A stretch of 64,000 nucleotides of DNA from positions 288,001-352,000 of the forward strand of contig CAWCMR010000008.1 of the NCBI GenBank assembly GCA_963796685.1. Reading direction: 5' to 3'. The number at the start of each line of letters is the position of its first letter. Within the stretch, counting starts at the first letter, position 1. The notes under the pieces were generated by a model, which was given only the letters and a program-made list of their open reading frames with translations, was not told where the DNA came from and made no database searches. This DNA comes from an uncultured delta proteobacterium. Its GTDB lineage: Bacteria > Myxococcota_A > Polyangia > Fen-1088. This document shows positions 52,176 to 63,760 of the stretch, one piece after another. Both the position numbers and the translations under genes were made by a program.

Positions 52176-52267
52176 CAGGAGGCTTTTGCTTTTCCCAATC
52201 GGTGCACGGTGCTATCAAATAGTAGGGAAATCAGCCGATGGTTTGATAGTCCGAGTCCGGTGACGCG

Positions 52268-53779
52268 ATGTCCATGGAGATCAAACAGCACCTGAAGCTT
52301 TCGCAGCAGCTCGTCATGACGCCGCAGCTGCAGCAGGCGATCAAGCTGCTGCAACTCTCGCGCGTCGAGCTTGTAGACATGGTGCGTGATGAGCTCCTCG
52401 AGAACCCGGTTCTCGAGGATTCGATCGACGTCGCGGCGGAGCAAGCCAAGCCCGGTAGCACCGAAGAGCAAGGCGTTGGGGCGGTTCGGGAGGCCGAAAC
52501 CGAGCGCATCGGCGAAACCGAAACCCCGGTGGCACAGATTTCCAGCGACAAGGCCGACTCCACGTCCGAGGTCAAGGCCGACTCCCGCTCGGATGAGGCC
52601 GTGGCCGATTTCGACTGGGACACCTACCTCGAAAACCAGTCCAACGCAGCCCCGATGCCATCGTTCCGGGCCAACTCGGAGGAGATGCCTTCCATCGAGG
52701 CGACGCTGACGCGTGGCACCTCGCTGTTCGACCACCTGGAGTGGCAGCTCAAGCTGACGCGTGGCTTTTCCAAGGAAGAAGAAGGGGTCGCCCTGCTCAT
52801 CATCGGCAACCTGACCCCTGACGGGTACGTCGACGTGCCCTTGGAGGAATTGGCCGAGGAGGCGAGCGTCGACGTCTCGTTCGTGGAGAAGGTGCTCGCG
52901 CGCGTGCAGGAATTCGACCCGCCCGGGGTGGCCGCGCGCGACCTGCAAGAATGCCTTCTCATCCAGGCGCGCCACGTGGGAGCCGACGACGATCTGGTCA
53001 TCGGCATCATCAGCAAGCACCTGCACAACCTGGAGAAACGCAACTACGCCGCCATCGCCAAGGATCTCAACCAGCCGCTCGAAGAGGTCTACGAGGCGAC
53101 CAAGGTGGTCCTGGCCTTCGATCCCAAGCCGGGACGCGCCTACTCCGACGAGGAATCGAACTACATCACGCCCGACGTCCACATCCAGAAGGTGGGCGAC
53201 AAATACTTCGTGGTGGCCAACGACGACGGTCTGCCCAAGTTGAAGATCTCCGACTTCTACCGGGTCGCCCTGTCGAAAGGCCCCAAGGCGCGCGAGTACA
53301 TCCAGGAGCGCCTGCGTAGCGCCCAGTGGCTCATCCGATCCATCCAGCAGCGCCAGCGCACCATCGTGCGCGTGACCGAATCGATCCTGCGCTTTCAGCG
53401 TGAGTTCTTCGAGAAGGGCTCGGCCTATCTCAAGCCCCTCATTCTGCGCGACGTGGCCGACGACATCGGCATGCACGAATCGACGGTGTCGCGCGTGACC
53501 ACCAACAAGTATGTTCACACCCCGCAGGGGATTTTCGAGCTGAAGTACTTCTTCAACTCGGGTATCACCCGCAGCGATGGCGACGACCTGGCCTCCGAGG
53601 CGGTCAAGCTCAAGATCAAACAAATCGTCGCCAACGAAGACCCCAAGCATCCGCATTCCGACCAACGAATCGTCGAGCTGCTTCTTGAACAGAACATCGA
53701 GATAGCCCGACGAACCGTGGCCAAGTACCGAGAGCAATTGCGGATTCAACCCAGCAGCAAACGCAAGCAAGTGTTCTAG
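52268..53779 (+). CDS. rpoN: RNA polymerase sigma-54 factor
   Basis: MTPQLQQAIKLLQL, HESTVSR, RpoN box ARRTVAKYRE. Confidence 0.98.
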   Translation: MSMEIKQHLKLSQQLVMTPQLQQAIKLLQLSRVELVDMVRDELLENPVLEDSIDVAAEQAKPGSTEEQGVGAVREAETERIGETETPVAQISSDKADSTSEVKADSRSDEAVADFDWDTYLENQSNAAPMPSFRANSEEMPSIEATLTRGTSLFDHLEWQLKLTRGFSKEEEGVALLIIGNLTPDGYVDVPLEELAEEASVDVSFVEKVLARVQEFDPPGVAARDLQECLLIQARHVGADDDLVIGIISKHLHNLEKRNYAAIAKDLNQPLEEVYEATKVVLAFDPKPGRAYSDEESNYITPDVHIQKVGDKYFVVANDDGLPKLKISDFYRVALSKGPKAREYIQERLRSAQWLIRSIQQRQRTIVRVTESILRFQREFFEKGSAYLKPLILRDVADDIGMHESTVSRVTTNKYVHTPQGIFELKYFFNSGITRSDGDDLASEAVKLKIKQIVANEDPKHPHSDQRIVELLLEQNIEIARRTVAKYREQLRIQPSSKRKQVF

Positions 53780-53822
53780 CCGACCCCGTCCTCTCTTCAC
53801 AACGTCCCTGGAGGCCCATTCG

Positions 53823-54419
53823 ATGCAGCTTTCAACCACCTTCCGCCATATGGAAGCTTCCCCCGCCGTCAAAGACTACGCCGAGGAACGCCTGGAGAAG
53901 ATCAAGAAGTACTTCAGTCGCGATCCCATCGCCGCGCATGGGACGTTTTCCGTCGAGCGCAATCACAACCACACCGCCGAGTTCTCGCTGACCCTGCCCA
54001 ACGGCATCGCCATCCAGGCGCGCGAAACGACGGAGGACATGTACTCGTCCATCGATCTGTCGGTGGCGCGCATCGAGCGCCAGGTGCGCAAGTGGAAGGA
54101 GAAGATCCGCACCCACAAGCCGCACGGCGGGCCACGCCTGCAGGTTCGTCAGACGGTTCTCGCCGCGGAGAACCTCGAGCCACAGCCTGGCGCCGCACCC
54201 GATGCCAAACCCGCGATGGGGGAGATCCCGGTCATCCGCGACGCCACCGAAGACGTGCGCACCCTGCACGTGCGCGACGCCGCCATGCAGCTCAACCTGG
54301 TCGAGCGAGACGTGTTGGTGTTCGTGGACGCGGAGAAGAGCTCCATCTCGGTCATCTACCGGCGCAAGGACGGCAACTACGGCCTCATCGAGACCGGCGT
54401 GGTCGCACCCACCGGTTAG
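53823..54419 (+). CDS. hpf: Ribosome hibernation promoting factor (long HPF)
   Basis: DMYSSID...ERQVRK, C-terminal VIYRRKDGNYGLIE. Confidence 0.95.
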   Translation: MQLSTTFRHMEASPAVKDYAEERLEKIKKYFSRDPIAAHGTFSVERNHNHTAEFSLTLPNGIAIQARETTEDMYSSIDLSVARIERQVRKWKEKIRTHKPHGGPRLQVRQTVLAAENLEPQPGAAPDAKPAMGEIPVIRDATEDVRTLHVRDAAMQLNLVERDVLVFVDAEKSSISVIYRRKDGNYGLIETGVVAPTG

Positions 54420-54450
54420 CCCCAGGGTTGAAGCAGCACAAGGTCATGCC

Positions 54451-54930
54451 ATGAAGGTGGTCGATTTTCTTGCTCCCGACGCCATCATCCCCGCCCTGGC
54501 GGGCGCGACCAAGGGCGAGGTATTGGCGGAAATGGCGGCCTTTCTCTGCGCGCGCCAGACGGCCCTCATCGGCCAAAACGCGCTCGAGGCGCAAGGGCTC
54601 TGCCGCGTGCTCGAGGAACGCGAGCTCTTGGCCTCGACCGCCATCGGCGATGGCATCGCGATCCCGCATGGAAAGGTCGATACCATCGATCGCTTGGTGG
54701 GCGTGCTTGGACGATCGGTGCCGGGGCTTGCCTTCGACTCCATCGATGGCAAGCCAACCCACATCGTGTTCATGCTGGTGGCGCCGTCGAGCTCGGCCGG
54801 GGCGCACCTCAAGGCCCTGGCGCGCCTCTCGCGTCTGTTTCGCGACGCCGGTTTCCGGCATCGTCTACTCGACGCCCCCGACGGCCCCAGCATGTACCAA
54901 ATCATCGCCGAGGAGGATGGCAAGTATTGA
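54451..54930 (+). CDS. ptsN: PTS EIIA(Ntr)
   Basis: ERE..STAIGDGIAIPHG, FDSIDG, HLKALA. Confidence 0.92.
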   Translation: MKVVDFLAPDAIIPALAGATKGEVLAEMAAFLCARQTALIGQNALEAQGLCRVLEERELLASTAIGDGIAIPHGKVDTIDRLVGVLGRSVPGLAFDSIDGKPTHIVFMLVAPSSSAGAHLKALARLSRLFRDAGFRHRLLDAPDGPSMYQIIAEEDGKY

Positions 54931-55907
54931 GTGACCACGGTGGACTGGCGACAACCCTCACGGTTCGTTCCCTGTTGAGCGAGGCCGCGGCCCTGAGGCT
55001 TGTCCTCCTGGCGGGCGAATCGGGCCTCGGCCGCCGTGTCACGTTCCACCGCGTACAAAAACCCGGCCTGGCCCTCGCGGGTTTCGTTCGCCAGGTCCAA
55101 CCCGAGCGCGTTCAGATCCTGGGCGCCACCGAGCTCGCGTACCTGGCCAGTCTGCCTGTCGAGGAGGCCCGCCACGGCATCGAAACCTTCATGGCGCTCG
55201 AACCGGCCTGCATCGTGGTGACCAAGGGGCTCGACGTTCCCTCGGAGCTGTTCGAGGCCGCCGACCGCCTGGGCGTGCCGCTCTTGCGAACTCCCCTGCG
55301 CTCGTCGGTCGCCATCCAGTCGATTCAGAACTACATCGAGCGCGAGCTCGCGCCCACCGCCAGCATCCACGGCGTGCTCATGGACGTGCTCGGGGTCGGC
55401 ATCCTTCTGCTCGGCAAGAGCGGCATCGGAAAGTCCGAGGCCGCCCTCGAGCTCGTCATGCGCGGTCACCGCATGGTTGCCGACGATCTGGTCGAGGTCC
55501 GCCGCAGCGCTCACGACTTGCTGGTGGGCTGGTCGGCCGAGCTCATCAAGCATCACATGGAGGTGCGCGGGATCGGCATCATCAACATCAAGGACATGTT
55601 CGGCGTGGCCTCGGTGCGCGACGAGAAGCGCATCGAGCTCGTCATGGAACTGGTGCGCTGGGAGGAATCGGAAGCCGCGGATCGCGTGGGTCTCGACGAC
55701 CAGACGTATCCCATCCTCGACGTGCCGGTGCCCATGTTGCGCATCCCGGTCAGCCCCGGCCGCAACGTCAGCTCGCTGGTCGAGGTGGCCGCGCGCAACC
55801 GGCTGCTCCAGGTGCGCGGCCACCACGCCGCCCGCGAGTTTCAGGAACGCCTGGACCAAGCCCTGGCCGAGGCCAGACAGCGCCGCTTCCGCGGTGACGT
55901 GGAGTAG
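54927..55907 (+). CDS. hprK: HPr kinase/phosphorylase
   Basis: HGVL, GKSGIGKSE, VADD, EVRGIGII, PGRN. Confidence 0.96.
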   Translation: MSDHGGLATTLTVRSLLSEAAALRLVLLAGESGLGRRVTFHRVQKPGLALAGFVRQVQPERVQILGATELAYLASLPVEEARHGIETFMALEPACIVVTKGLDVPSELFEAADRLGVPLLRTPLRSSVAIQSIQNYIERELAPTASIHGVLMDVLGVGILLLGKSGIGKSEAALELVMRGHRMVADDLVEVRRSAHDLLVGWSAELIKHHMEVRGIGIINIKDMFGVASVRDEKRIELVMELVRWEESEAADRVGLDDQTYPILDVPVPMLRIPVSPGRNVSSLVEVAARNRLLQVRGHHAAREFQERLDQALAEARQRRFRGDVE

Positions 55908-55909
55908 CC

Positions 55910-56779
55910 ATGAAGCTGGTCGTGATCACGGGCGTTTCCGGGGCGGGCAAGACCACGGTCAAGAGCGCGCTGGAGGATCTCGGCTTTTACTGCGTGGACA
56001 ACCTACCCATCGCGCTTCTGCCCAAGTTCATCGAGCTTTTGGCCGGCCGCGACGAGGTCACGCGGGCCGGACTGGTGGTGGATGCGCGCAGCGGCGATTT
56101 TCTCACCGACACCTCGCGCGTGCTCTCCGACCTGCGGGCAGCAGGACATTCCATCGATGTCCTCTTCCTCGACGCGCCAAGCGAAATCATTCTGCGGCGG
56201 TTCTCCGAGACGCGCCGCCGTCACCCCTTGCTCGGCAAGGACATCCGGTCGGACATCGAGGCCGAACGCACCCGCCTTGCGGCCTTACGCGCCGAGGCCA
56301 CCGCGGTCATCGACACCGGCGAGCTCAACGTGCATAGCCTGCGCGCCATCGTGCTCGGCCGCTACGGCCGCGCCGAGGGCAACCTGGCCGTCACGGTCAT
56401 GTCCTTCGGGTTCAAGTACGGCCTGCCAACCGAGGCCGATATCGTGCTCGACGTCCGCTTCCTGCCCAACCCCTTCTTCGTCAGCACCCTGTCGGCCCTG
56501 TCGGGCGAGGCCGAGGCCGTGCGCGCGTATGTCATGGAAAGCCAGGAGACCAAGCTCTTCCTGGAAAAGGCCGAGGAATTGCTCACCCTGTGCGTGGCGG
56601 CCTTCGAGCGCGAGGGCAAGACGTACGCCACCATCGCCATCGGATGCACCGGCGGGCGGCACCGCTCGGTGGTCATCGCCAATGAGCTCGGCCAGCGGCT
56701 GGGTGCCTTCCAGGTCGAGGTTAAACACCGTGACATCCTGCGCGGACGAACCATGCCGGGAATCGAGGTCCAGAAGTGA
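55910..56779 (+). CDS. rapZ: RNase adapter RapZ family P-loop protein
   Basis: GVSGAGKT, VDNLP, ETRRRHPL, SFGFKYG, GCTGGRHRSV. Confidence 0.96.
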   Translation: MKLVVITGVSGAGKTTVKSALEDLGFYCVDNLPIALLPKFIELLAGRDEVTRAGLVVDARSGDFLTDTSRVLSDLRAAGHSIDVLFLDAPSEIILRRFSETRRRHPLLGKDIRSDIEAERTRLAALRAEATAVIDTGELNVHSLRAIVLGRYGRAEGNLAVTVMSFGFKYGLPTEADIVLDVRFLPNPFFVSTLSALSGEAEAVRAYVMESQETKLFLEKAEELLTLCVAAFEREGKTYATIAIGCTGGRHRSVVIANELGQRLGAFQVEVKHRDILRGRTMPGIEVQK

Positions 56780-56907
56780 ATTCCCACAAGCGAAGAACCT
56801 CGCTATCGCTATATCGGTTGAAAGATGTAATCTATCCGAGGCACCGATCCTCGAGCGCGGGCGGTTGAAATACGATGGCTTCCACAGGGAATAGGACGAT
56901 TGAACCT

Positions 56908-57333
56908 ATGGTGGGCGTTGTCGTCGTCTCCCACGAGCAGGTTGCCTTTGCGCTAATCGAGGCCGCGCGGCGTGTAGTGGGAACCATCCCCAACATCGCT
57001 GCCGCCTGCGTCTCCGCGGGCGAGGACAGCGCCTCGATCATGCACAAGGTGGCGCAGGCGTGCGGCCAAGTGGACGACGGGGCCGGTGTGCTCTTGCTCG
57101 TGGATGTCTTCGGTTCAACGCCCTTCAACGTGTCCATGACCATGGCCGACGGTACCCGTGCGGCCGAGGTGGTGTGCGGCGTGAACCTGCCCATGCTGCT
57201 CAAGCTGGCCACGCTCGACCGGTGCAAGCTGTCACCGGCGATGTTGGCCATGGAGATGCAGGAGTGCGGCAGGCGTTCCATTCGCATCGGATCCGAATTG
57301 ACCGGCAAAGTGACCGTAGCGGGGAAGCTCTGA
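56908..57333 (+). CDS. PTS EIIA, mannose/fructose family
   Basis: VVVSH, DVFGSTPFN, GVNLPML. Confidence 0.88.
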   Translation: MVGVVVVSHEQVAFALIEAARRVVGTIPNIAAACVSAGEDSASIMHKVAQACGQVDDGAGVLLLVDVFGSTPFNVSMTMADGTRAAEVVCGVNLPMLLKLATLDRCKLSPAMLAMEMQECGRRSIRIGSELTGKVTVAGKL

Positions 57334-57334
57334 C

Positions 57335-57634
57335 GTGGCAGAGTCCGAACAGCTCGTCGCACGCCAAGAACGAAGAATACGCAATCGCGCCGGAATGCAC
57401 GCGAGAGCGGCGGTAAAGTTCGTCCAGCTCGCCGCCCACTTCAAGTCCGAGATCAGGGTCATCAAGGACGGCAACAGCGTCAACGGCAAGAGCATCATGG
57501 GCCTTTTGACCCTGGTGGCCGCTTGCGGGCTAAGCATCGTCGTCGAGGCCGAAGGCCCGGACGCCGAGGACGCGGTGGCGGCCCTGGGAGCGCTGGTCGA
57601 CAACGGCTTCGGCGAGGGCGTGGTCGATGATTAG
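57335..57634 (+). CDS. ptsH: Phosphocarrier protein HPr
   Basis: GMHARAA and KSIMGL. Confidence 0.95.
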   Translation: MAESEQLVARQERRIRNRAGMHARAAVKFVQLAAHFKSEIRVIKDGNSVNGKSIMGLLTLVAACGLSIVVEAEGPDAEDAVAALGALVDNGFGEGVVDD

Positions 57635-59378
57635 GTTGGCCGGTGTGGGCGCATCGCCCGGCATCGCCATGGGCGTGGCGCACTTCCTCGGCGGTCGTGT
57701 CGAGGTGCAGGAACGACGCATCTTCACCGACGAGGTCGACCAGGAGCTGCGCCGCTTCGAGGACGCGCTGGCGCGCAGCGACGCCCAGCTTCGCCGTATC
57801 CAGCAGCAGATCGCCGAGCAGGTGGGCGACGGCCAGGAATACCGGATCCTCGAAGCGCACCGCATGATGCTGGCCGACGTCCACCTCGTGGAGGAGACCA
57901 GCAAGATCATTCGCAACGACCAGGTTTCGGCAGAATGGGCCCTGCGCCGCGCGCTGGACCAGATCCAGGTCGTCTTCGCCAGCATCGAGGATCCCTACTT
58001 CCGCGAGCGCCGCAGCGACATCGACATGATCGGCGAGCGCATCCTGCGCAACCTGCTCGGCATGACCCCGCCCGGACACGAAGGCGTGCCCAAGGGCGCC
58101 GTGGTCTTCGCCCACGATCTGTCCCCGGCGGACATCACGCAGCTCGGCCGGGCAGGCGTCAGCGGGTTCTTCACCGAAGGCGGGGGCAAGACCTCGCACG
58201 CGGCTTTGGTCGCACGTGCCCTCGGTCTGCCGCTCGTGGCTGGGGTCCAGGATTTCATCAAACACATCCGCACCGGCATGACCGTCATCGTCGACGGCGG
58301 ACGCGGCGAGGTGATTCTGGAACCCGATTTCGGTATCCAAGAGCGCTTCGCGGATCGAGCGGCGCGGGATCTCGTGCAAGCCGAGCGCCTGGCCAAGGCG
58401 CGCGAGGCGCCCGCGACCACGCTCGACAACGTCCGCGTGCAGCTCGCGGCCAACGTCGAATTGCTCGAAGAGATCCCGGTTTCCGTCGAGCTCGGCGCCG
58501 ACGCCGTGGGCCTGTTCCGTACCGAGTTCCTCTATCTCGAACGCTCGACCCTGCCCACCGAGGAAGAGCAATACCAGCACGCGGTGGCCGCGCTCAAAGC
58601 CATGGAAGGGCGCAGCGTGATCTTCCGAACCCTGGACCTGGGTGGTGACAAGTTGCCCATGTCGGTGCGTATTCCCGCGGGCAACAACCCGGCCCTCGGC
58701 CTGCGCTCGATCCGCTATTCCCTGTGGCGCCGCGATCTCTTCCGCTCGCAGCTGCGCGCCTTCTATCGGGCGGCAGCGGTGGGACCGTTGCGCATCATGT
58801 TTCCCCTCATCTCCGGCGTGGCCGAGTGGCGCGTCGTGCGCGAGGTCTGCGCCGACGTGTGCGACGAGCTGGCCAGGGAAGGATTGGAGCACGATCGCCA
58901 CGTCCCGCTCGGTGCCATGGTCGAGACCCCGAGCGCAGCCATCATCGCCGACTTCCTCTCGGATGAAAGCGAGTTCCTGTCCATCGGCACCAACGACCTC
59001 ATCCAATACTCCCTGGCCGCCGATCGCCAGGATGAACATGTCGGCTACCTCTACCACCCTCTCCATCCGGCCATCTTGCGTTCCATCCGGACCGTGGTGG
59101 TGGCCGCGAACAAATGCGGCAAGCCCGTCGCCATGTGCGGCGACATGGCCGGGGATCCGCGATTCACGTGGGTGCTGCTTGGGCTCGGCTTGCGCTCGCT
59201 GTCCATGGCGCCGCGCCAGATCCCGATGGTCAAGTCCATCATCCGCTCGACGCGTCTTGGCGAGGCGCAGAAGCTGACCGAGGAAATCATGGCCCTGCGA
59301 ACCGAGGACGAGATCGAAGATGCTGTGAATCGCACGATGCGGCAGCGGTTCCCGCTGGAATTCAGCGAAGAAGCGTAG
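57627..59378 (+). CDS. ptsI: PEP-protein phosphotransferase (enzyme I)
   Basis: GGKTSHAA, GLFRTEF, RTLDLGGDK, SIGTNDL, MCG. Confidence 0.97.
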   Translation: MIRLAGVGASPGIAMGVAHFLGGRVEVQERRIFTDEVDQELRRFEDALARSDAQLRRIQQQIAEQVGDGQEYRILEAHRMMLADVHLVEETSKIIRNDQVSAEWALRRALDQIQVVFASIEDPYFRERRSDIDMIGERILRNLLGMTPPGHEGVPKGAVVFAHDLSPADITQLGRAGVSGFFTEGGGKTSHAALVARALGLPLVAGVQDFIKHIRTGMTVIVDGGRGEVILEPDFGIQERFADRAARDLVQAERLAKAREAPATTLDNVRVQLAANVELLEEIPVSVELGADAVGLFRTEFLYLERSTLPTEEEQYQHAVAALKAMEGRSVIFRTLDLGGDKLPMSVRIPAGNNPALGLRSIRYSLWRRDLFRSQLRAFYRAAAVGPLRIMFPLISGVAEWRVVREVCADVCDELAREGLEHDRHVPLGAMVETPSAAIIADFLSDESEFLSIGTNDLIQYSLAADRQDEHVGYLYHPLHPAILRSIRTVVVAANKCGKPVAMCGDMAGDPRFTWVLLGLGLRSLSMAPRQIPMVKSIIRSTRLGEAQKLTEEIMALRTEDEIEDAVNRTMRQRFPLEFSEEA

Positions 59379-59653
59379 GAGTCGGGCCACTTCGCCGTTC
59401 CTGGATGGGCGAGGCGAAGCCCACCACGCAGGTACCGCCACGAAGCCTGTCCATTGTGACATGGTTCATCATTCGGGCGCAACCCCGGGCGCAACCGCCC
59501 GCAGACGGAAGCGCGTCTGCGGAATTTGCCGATTCGCGGAAAGATTGTGTTCATCGCGCTGACGATTCGCGAAGCCTCCATGCCCTTATATGTGGAAGTT
59601 TGGATCCGTTTCGCCTACAGCCTCCCCCCCTCTACAACCGTAGGAACAACAAC

Positions 59654-62600
59654 ATGCGTAGAATCAACATCCTTGTCCTTGCGCTCCTGGTAGGAACCCT
59701 CGTCGCGTGTGGAGGTCGCAGCGCCCTCAAGGTCACGTACGACGGTGGAGACGCCGGCGACAGTCTCAACCCCGGCGACGTCAAATCGGACGCCCGGAGC
59801 GATGGCAAGCTCGACAGTCTCGGCACATTCGGCGACGCCCCAGCGGATTTGCTCGCGCGCGACGCCGCGCCCGACGGAGCGACGGAGAGCGACTCCGCGC
59901 GGAGCGACCTCGCGCCCGACGCCTCTCGAACCGATGCGCCCATCGCTGCGGACACGCGCGATGCAGGCGTGCGCGATGGCAGCGTGAGCGACGGCACGAG
60001 CACGGACGGCGGCGTCGATGCTGCCCCAGTCCTGGCCAGCATCGAAGTCACTCCGCCCAGTCCAACCATTGCGGTCGGAATTCCCTACACCGGCCTCGTG
60101 GTCACGGCCCTCATGTCCGATGGCACGACCTCGGATGTGACCGCGTCCTCGACCTACGCGTCCAGCGACACGACCGTGGTCCAAGTCTCGGGACACGCCC
60201 TGAGCGGCCTCAAGGCCGGCTCTGCCACCTTGACCGCAACCTACCAAGGAAAGACCGCCACGGCGAAAGTCACGGTCACGGCTTCGCCCTTGCAAAGCAT
60301 TTCCATCGACGGCGTGGCTCCGGTTTCGGTCGGGCAATCCATCCTCATCACCGCCACCGGCATCTTTGCCGACGGGACAAAACAAGACGTCACGGCGCAG
60401 GCAACATGGACGTCGGGGGACACCACGCTTGCCGCGGTCGCCCTCGACGCCGCCAGCTCGAAGGAGAAGGTCACCGGCATCAAGGCTGGTACGCTGTCCG
60501 TTGTCGCTGTTCTTTCCGGAGTCACGGGCAAGGCCTCGATCACCGTGACCGCGGCGACCTTGACCGCCATCAATGTCACGCCAGCACAAGCCATCATCCA
60601 GCGAGGCGTCTCGCAGCAGTTCCAGGCCACGGGCACCTATTCCGATGGAACGACCGGCGACGTGACCGCGCAGGCGACCTGGGCATCGAGCAACACGACC
60701 GTCGCAACCGTCACGGCGAGCAGCACCGGCGTGGTGGTGCATGCGGTTGCCGCCGGGGGCACGACGATTTCCGCCACCGTCGGAACCGTCGTGGGCTCGA
60801 CCTCGGTTACGGTGACCTCGCCGACTCTCCTGTCGATTGCGCTCTTGCCGGCAACGTGGTCGCCCAACGTGGGCGCTACGCAAAGCTTCACCGCGACCGG
60901 CTCCTATTCGGACAACACCACCGCGGACGTGACGCTTTCGGCGACCTGGTCATCGACCAATGCGACCGCGTTCTCGGTCTCGAACGCCGCCGGGCAAAAG
61001 GGACAAGCCACGGCCTTGGCGATTGGCACCGGACAGGTTCAAGCAGCGCTCTCGGGTGTGACCGCAAGCGCGACGGTGACGGTCTCGGCGTCGCCCCTCG
61101 CCAGTATCGCGGTCTCGCCGAACCCTCTCGCCCTGGTGCTTGGGCTCAATGGATCGCTGGTTGCGACCGGAACGTACCAGAATGGAACCACGCAGGATAT
61201 CACCACCCAGGTGGCGTGGGCGGTGACGGATCCGAGCGTCGCCAGCGTGTCCAACGCGGCGGCCACCGCGGGCCGCGTGTCGACCATCGCCGTGGGATCC
61301 ACAACCGTTACGGCAACTCTTGCGGGTATCAGCGGCAAGGGGACCATTACGATTTCCCAGGCCAAGCTAACGGCCATCACCGTGACCCCCGCCAGCGCCG
61401 ACGTCACGGCGGGAACCAAGCAGCCCTTCACCGCGACCGGCACGTACGACAACGGGGCTACTCCTGACGTCACGACGCAAGTAACCTGGTCGTCCAGCGA
61501 CATCACGGTGGCCCAGATCTCCAACGCCGCGGGCAGCAACGGAATCGCGACGTCCTTGGTCGCCGGCACGTCGACCATCAGCGCGAGCCTGACGGGCATC
61601 TCCGGCACCGCAACCCTGACCGTCGGGGCGCCGCTGTTGTCATCGATCATGATCGCGCCAACCGACGCAACCATCGAGGTCGGCAACACGCAAGCCTTCA
61701 CCGTGACCGCGGTCTACCAAAACGGCACGACCGCTCAGGTTGCCGGCACCTGGACCTCCTCTGACACGGCTGTGGCCACCATCGCCGCCACGGGCGGCGG
61801 CGGTGGACGTCGCGCAGTCGTGACGGGCGTGGCCGCAGGCACGACCAGCATCACGGTCACCTACCAGGGCCTGACCGACAGTGCCACCTTGACTGTCACT
61901 GCCGCGCCGACCCTGGTGGGACTGACGGTCACCCCGGCCTCCCCCGCAAGCATCCTCGTCGGCGCCACGCAGCAGTTCCAGGCCACCGCGGTGTTCAGCA
62001 ACGGCACCACCACCACGGTCACGGGTACCGCTAGCTGGACCACCTCCGATGGCAACATCGCCTCGGTTTCGAGCGGTGGCGGCGGGCCCGGGGGCGGTGG
62101 ACCGGGTGGCGGGGGTCGTGGATTGGCCACAGGCATCGGAGCCGGAACCGCCACCATCACGGCCACCTACAACGGCTTCACCGCATCCGCCTCCCTCACC
62201 GTGCGCAATCCGACCCCGACCGGGCTGCTGGTCACGCCGTCCGCAGCGTCGATCGTGGTCAACGGGACGCAGCAGTTCGTCGCCGTCGTCACCCTGGACG
62301 ATGGCACCACCCAGACGGTCACCAACGCTACCTCGTGGACCACATCCAACGGGGCCATGGCCAGTATCACCACGGGCGGCGGCGGTGGTCCGGGCGGTGG
62401 CGGCGGGCGAGGCCTCGCAACCGGCATCGCCGCAGGCACCGTCACCGTCACGGCGACCTATGGCGGGTTCACCGCGACCGCATCTCTCACCGTTTCCGCC
62501 GCGACGCCCACCGCGCTCGTGGTCACGCCTGCCGCGCCCTCCGTTCAGGTGGGTCTGACCCAGGCCTTCGTGGCCACGCTGATCTACAGCGACAACACCA

Positions 62601-63584
62601 CCGCTGTCGTCACCGCCCAAGCGAGCTGGAGCTCTTCGGACGCATCGGTGGCCACCATCACGAATGCGGGAGGCGGGCCAGGCGGCGGCGGCCGTGGGAC
62701 CGCCACCGCCATCGCCTCGGGCACGGCCACCATCACCGCGACTTATGGCGGTCTGTCGGGAACGGCCACGCTGACCGTCACGGATCCGCCCCTTGCCTAC
62801 GTCCAGGTGACGCCGACGAATCCGAGCATTCCGGTGCAAGCCTTCGCCCAACTCACCGCGACCGCGGTCTTCACCGACAACTCGACCCGCAACGTGACCG
62901 CCCTGGCAACCTGGAGCTCTTCCGACGCTTCCGTCGCGGTCGTGGCGAGCTCCGGCGGCACCATCGGACGCGCAACCGCGCTGGCCGAAGGCACCGCGAC
63001 CATCACGGCGACCTACCAGGGCTCGTCGGGCTCGACGGTGGTCACCGTCGCCGGCAGCGTGCAATCCATCGCCGTGACACCGGCCTCCCCGACCACCTCG
63101 CTCGGGCTCCCGGTCACATTCGTGGCCACCGCCATCCTCTCCAACAATGCCACGTTGGTCGTCACCAACAACGCTTCCTGGGTTACCTCGGATCCCACAG
63201 TCGCGACCGTGACGGCAGCAGGTGTGGCGACGCCGGTCAAGGCTGGTTCGGCCACCATCACGGCCACCTTCCTCGGCAAGTCCGGCACCAGCACCTTGAC
63301 CGTGAGTCCGGCCACGCTGTCCTCCATCGCCATTGTTCCCAATCCGCTCTCGCTGACGAGTGGCGGCAGCCAGCAGCTGAGCGCGACCGGAACCTACAGC
63401 GACGCCACGACTCGCGATTCTGACGACCGTGGCGACCTGGAATTCCTCCTCGCCCGCCGTCGCGGTGGTATCGAATGCCAACGGCTCCCATGGCTTGCTG
63501 ACCGCTGTCGGCAGCGGCTCTACCACGGTGACGGCCGCATTCCAGGGTGTCACCTCCGCGGCCGACACGGTGACCGTCCCCTGA
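59654..63584 (+). CDS. Large surface lipoprotein with about 13 bacterial Ig-like (Big_2) repeats (frameshift near 63419)
   Basis: Manual translation: MRRINILVLALLVGTLVAC, an Asp-rich linker, then repeats of L.SI.VTP...ATG.YSDGT..DVT...W.SS. Not in the ORF track. Confidence 0.88.
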
Positions 63585-63760
63585 TCTTGCCTCCGAAGCC
63601 GGCCACTGTCCGAGGTTCTCTCCTCTCAGACGGTTGCCGGCCTCGGAGTTCTTTTGCCCTCCGAAGCCGGTGGCGGTCGACAAGCTCCTCCCTCCTACCG
63701 TTGCCGGCTTCGGACGGTCCTTTCCGCCCGCAAGTCTCTGCGTCCCACCAGGCTTGCTGC

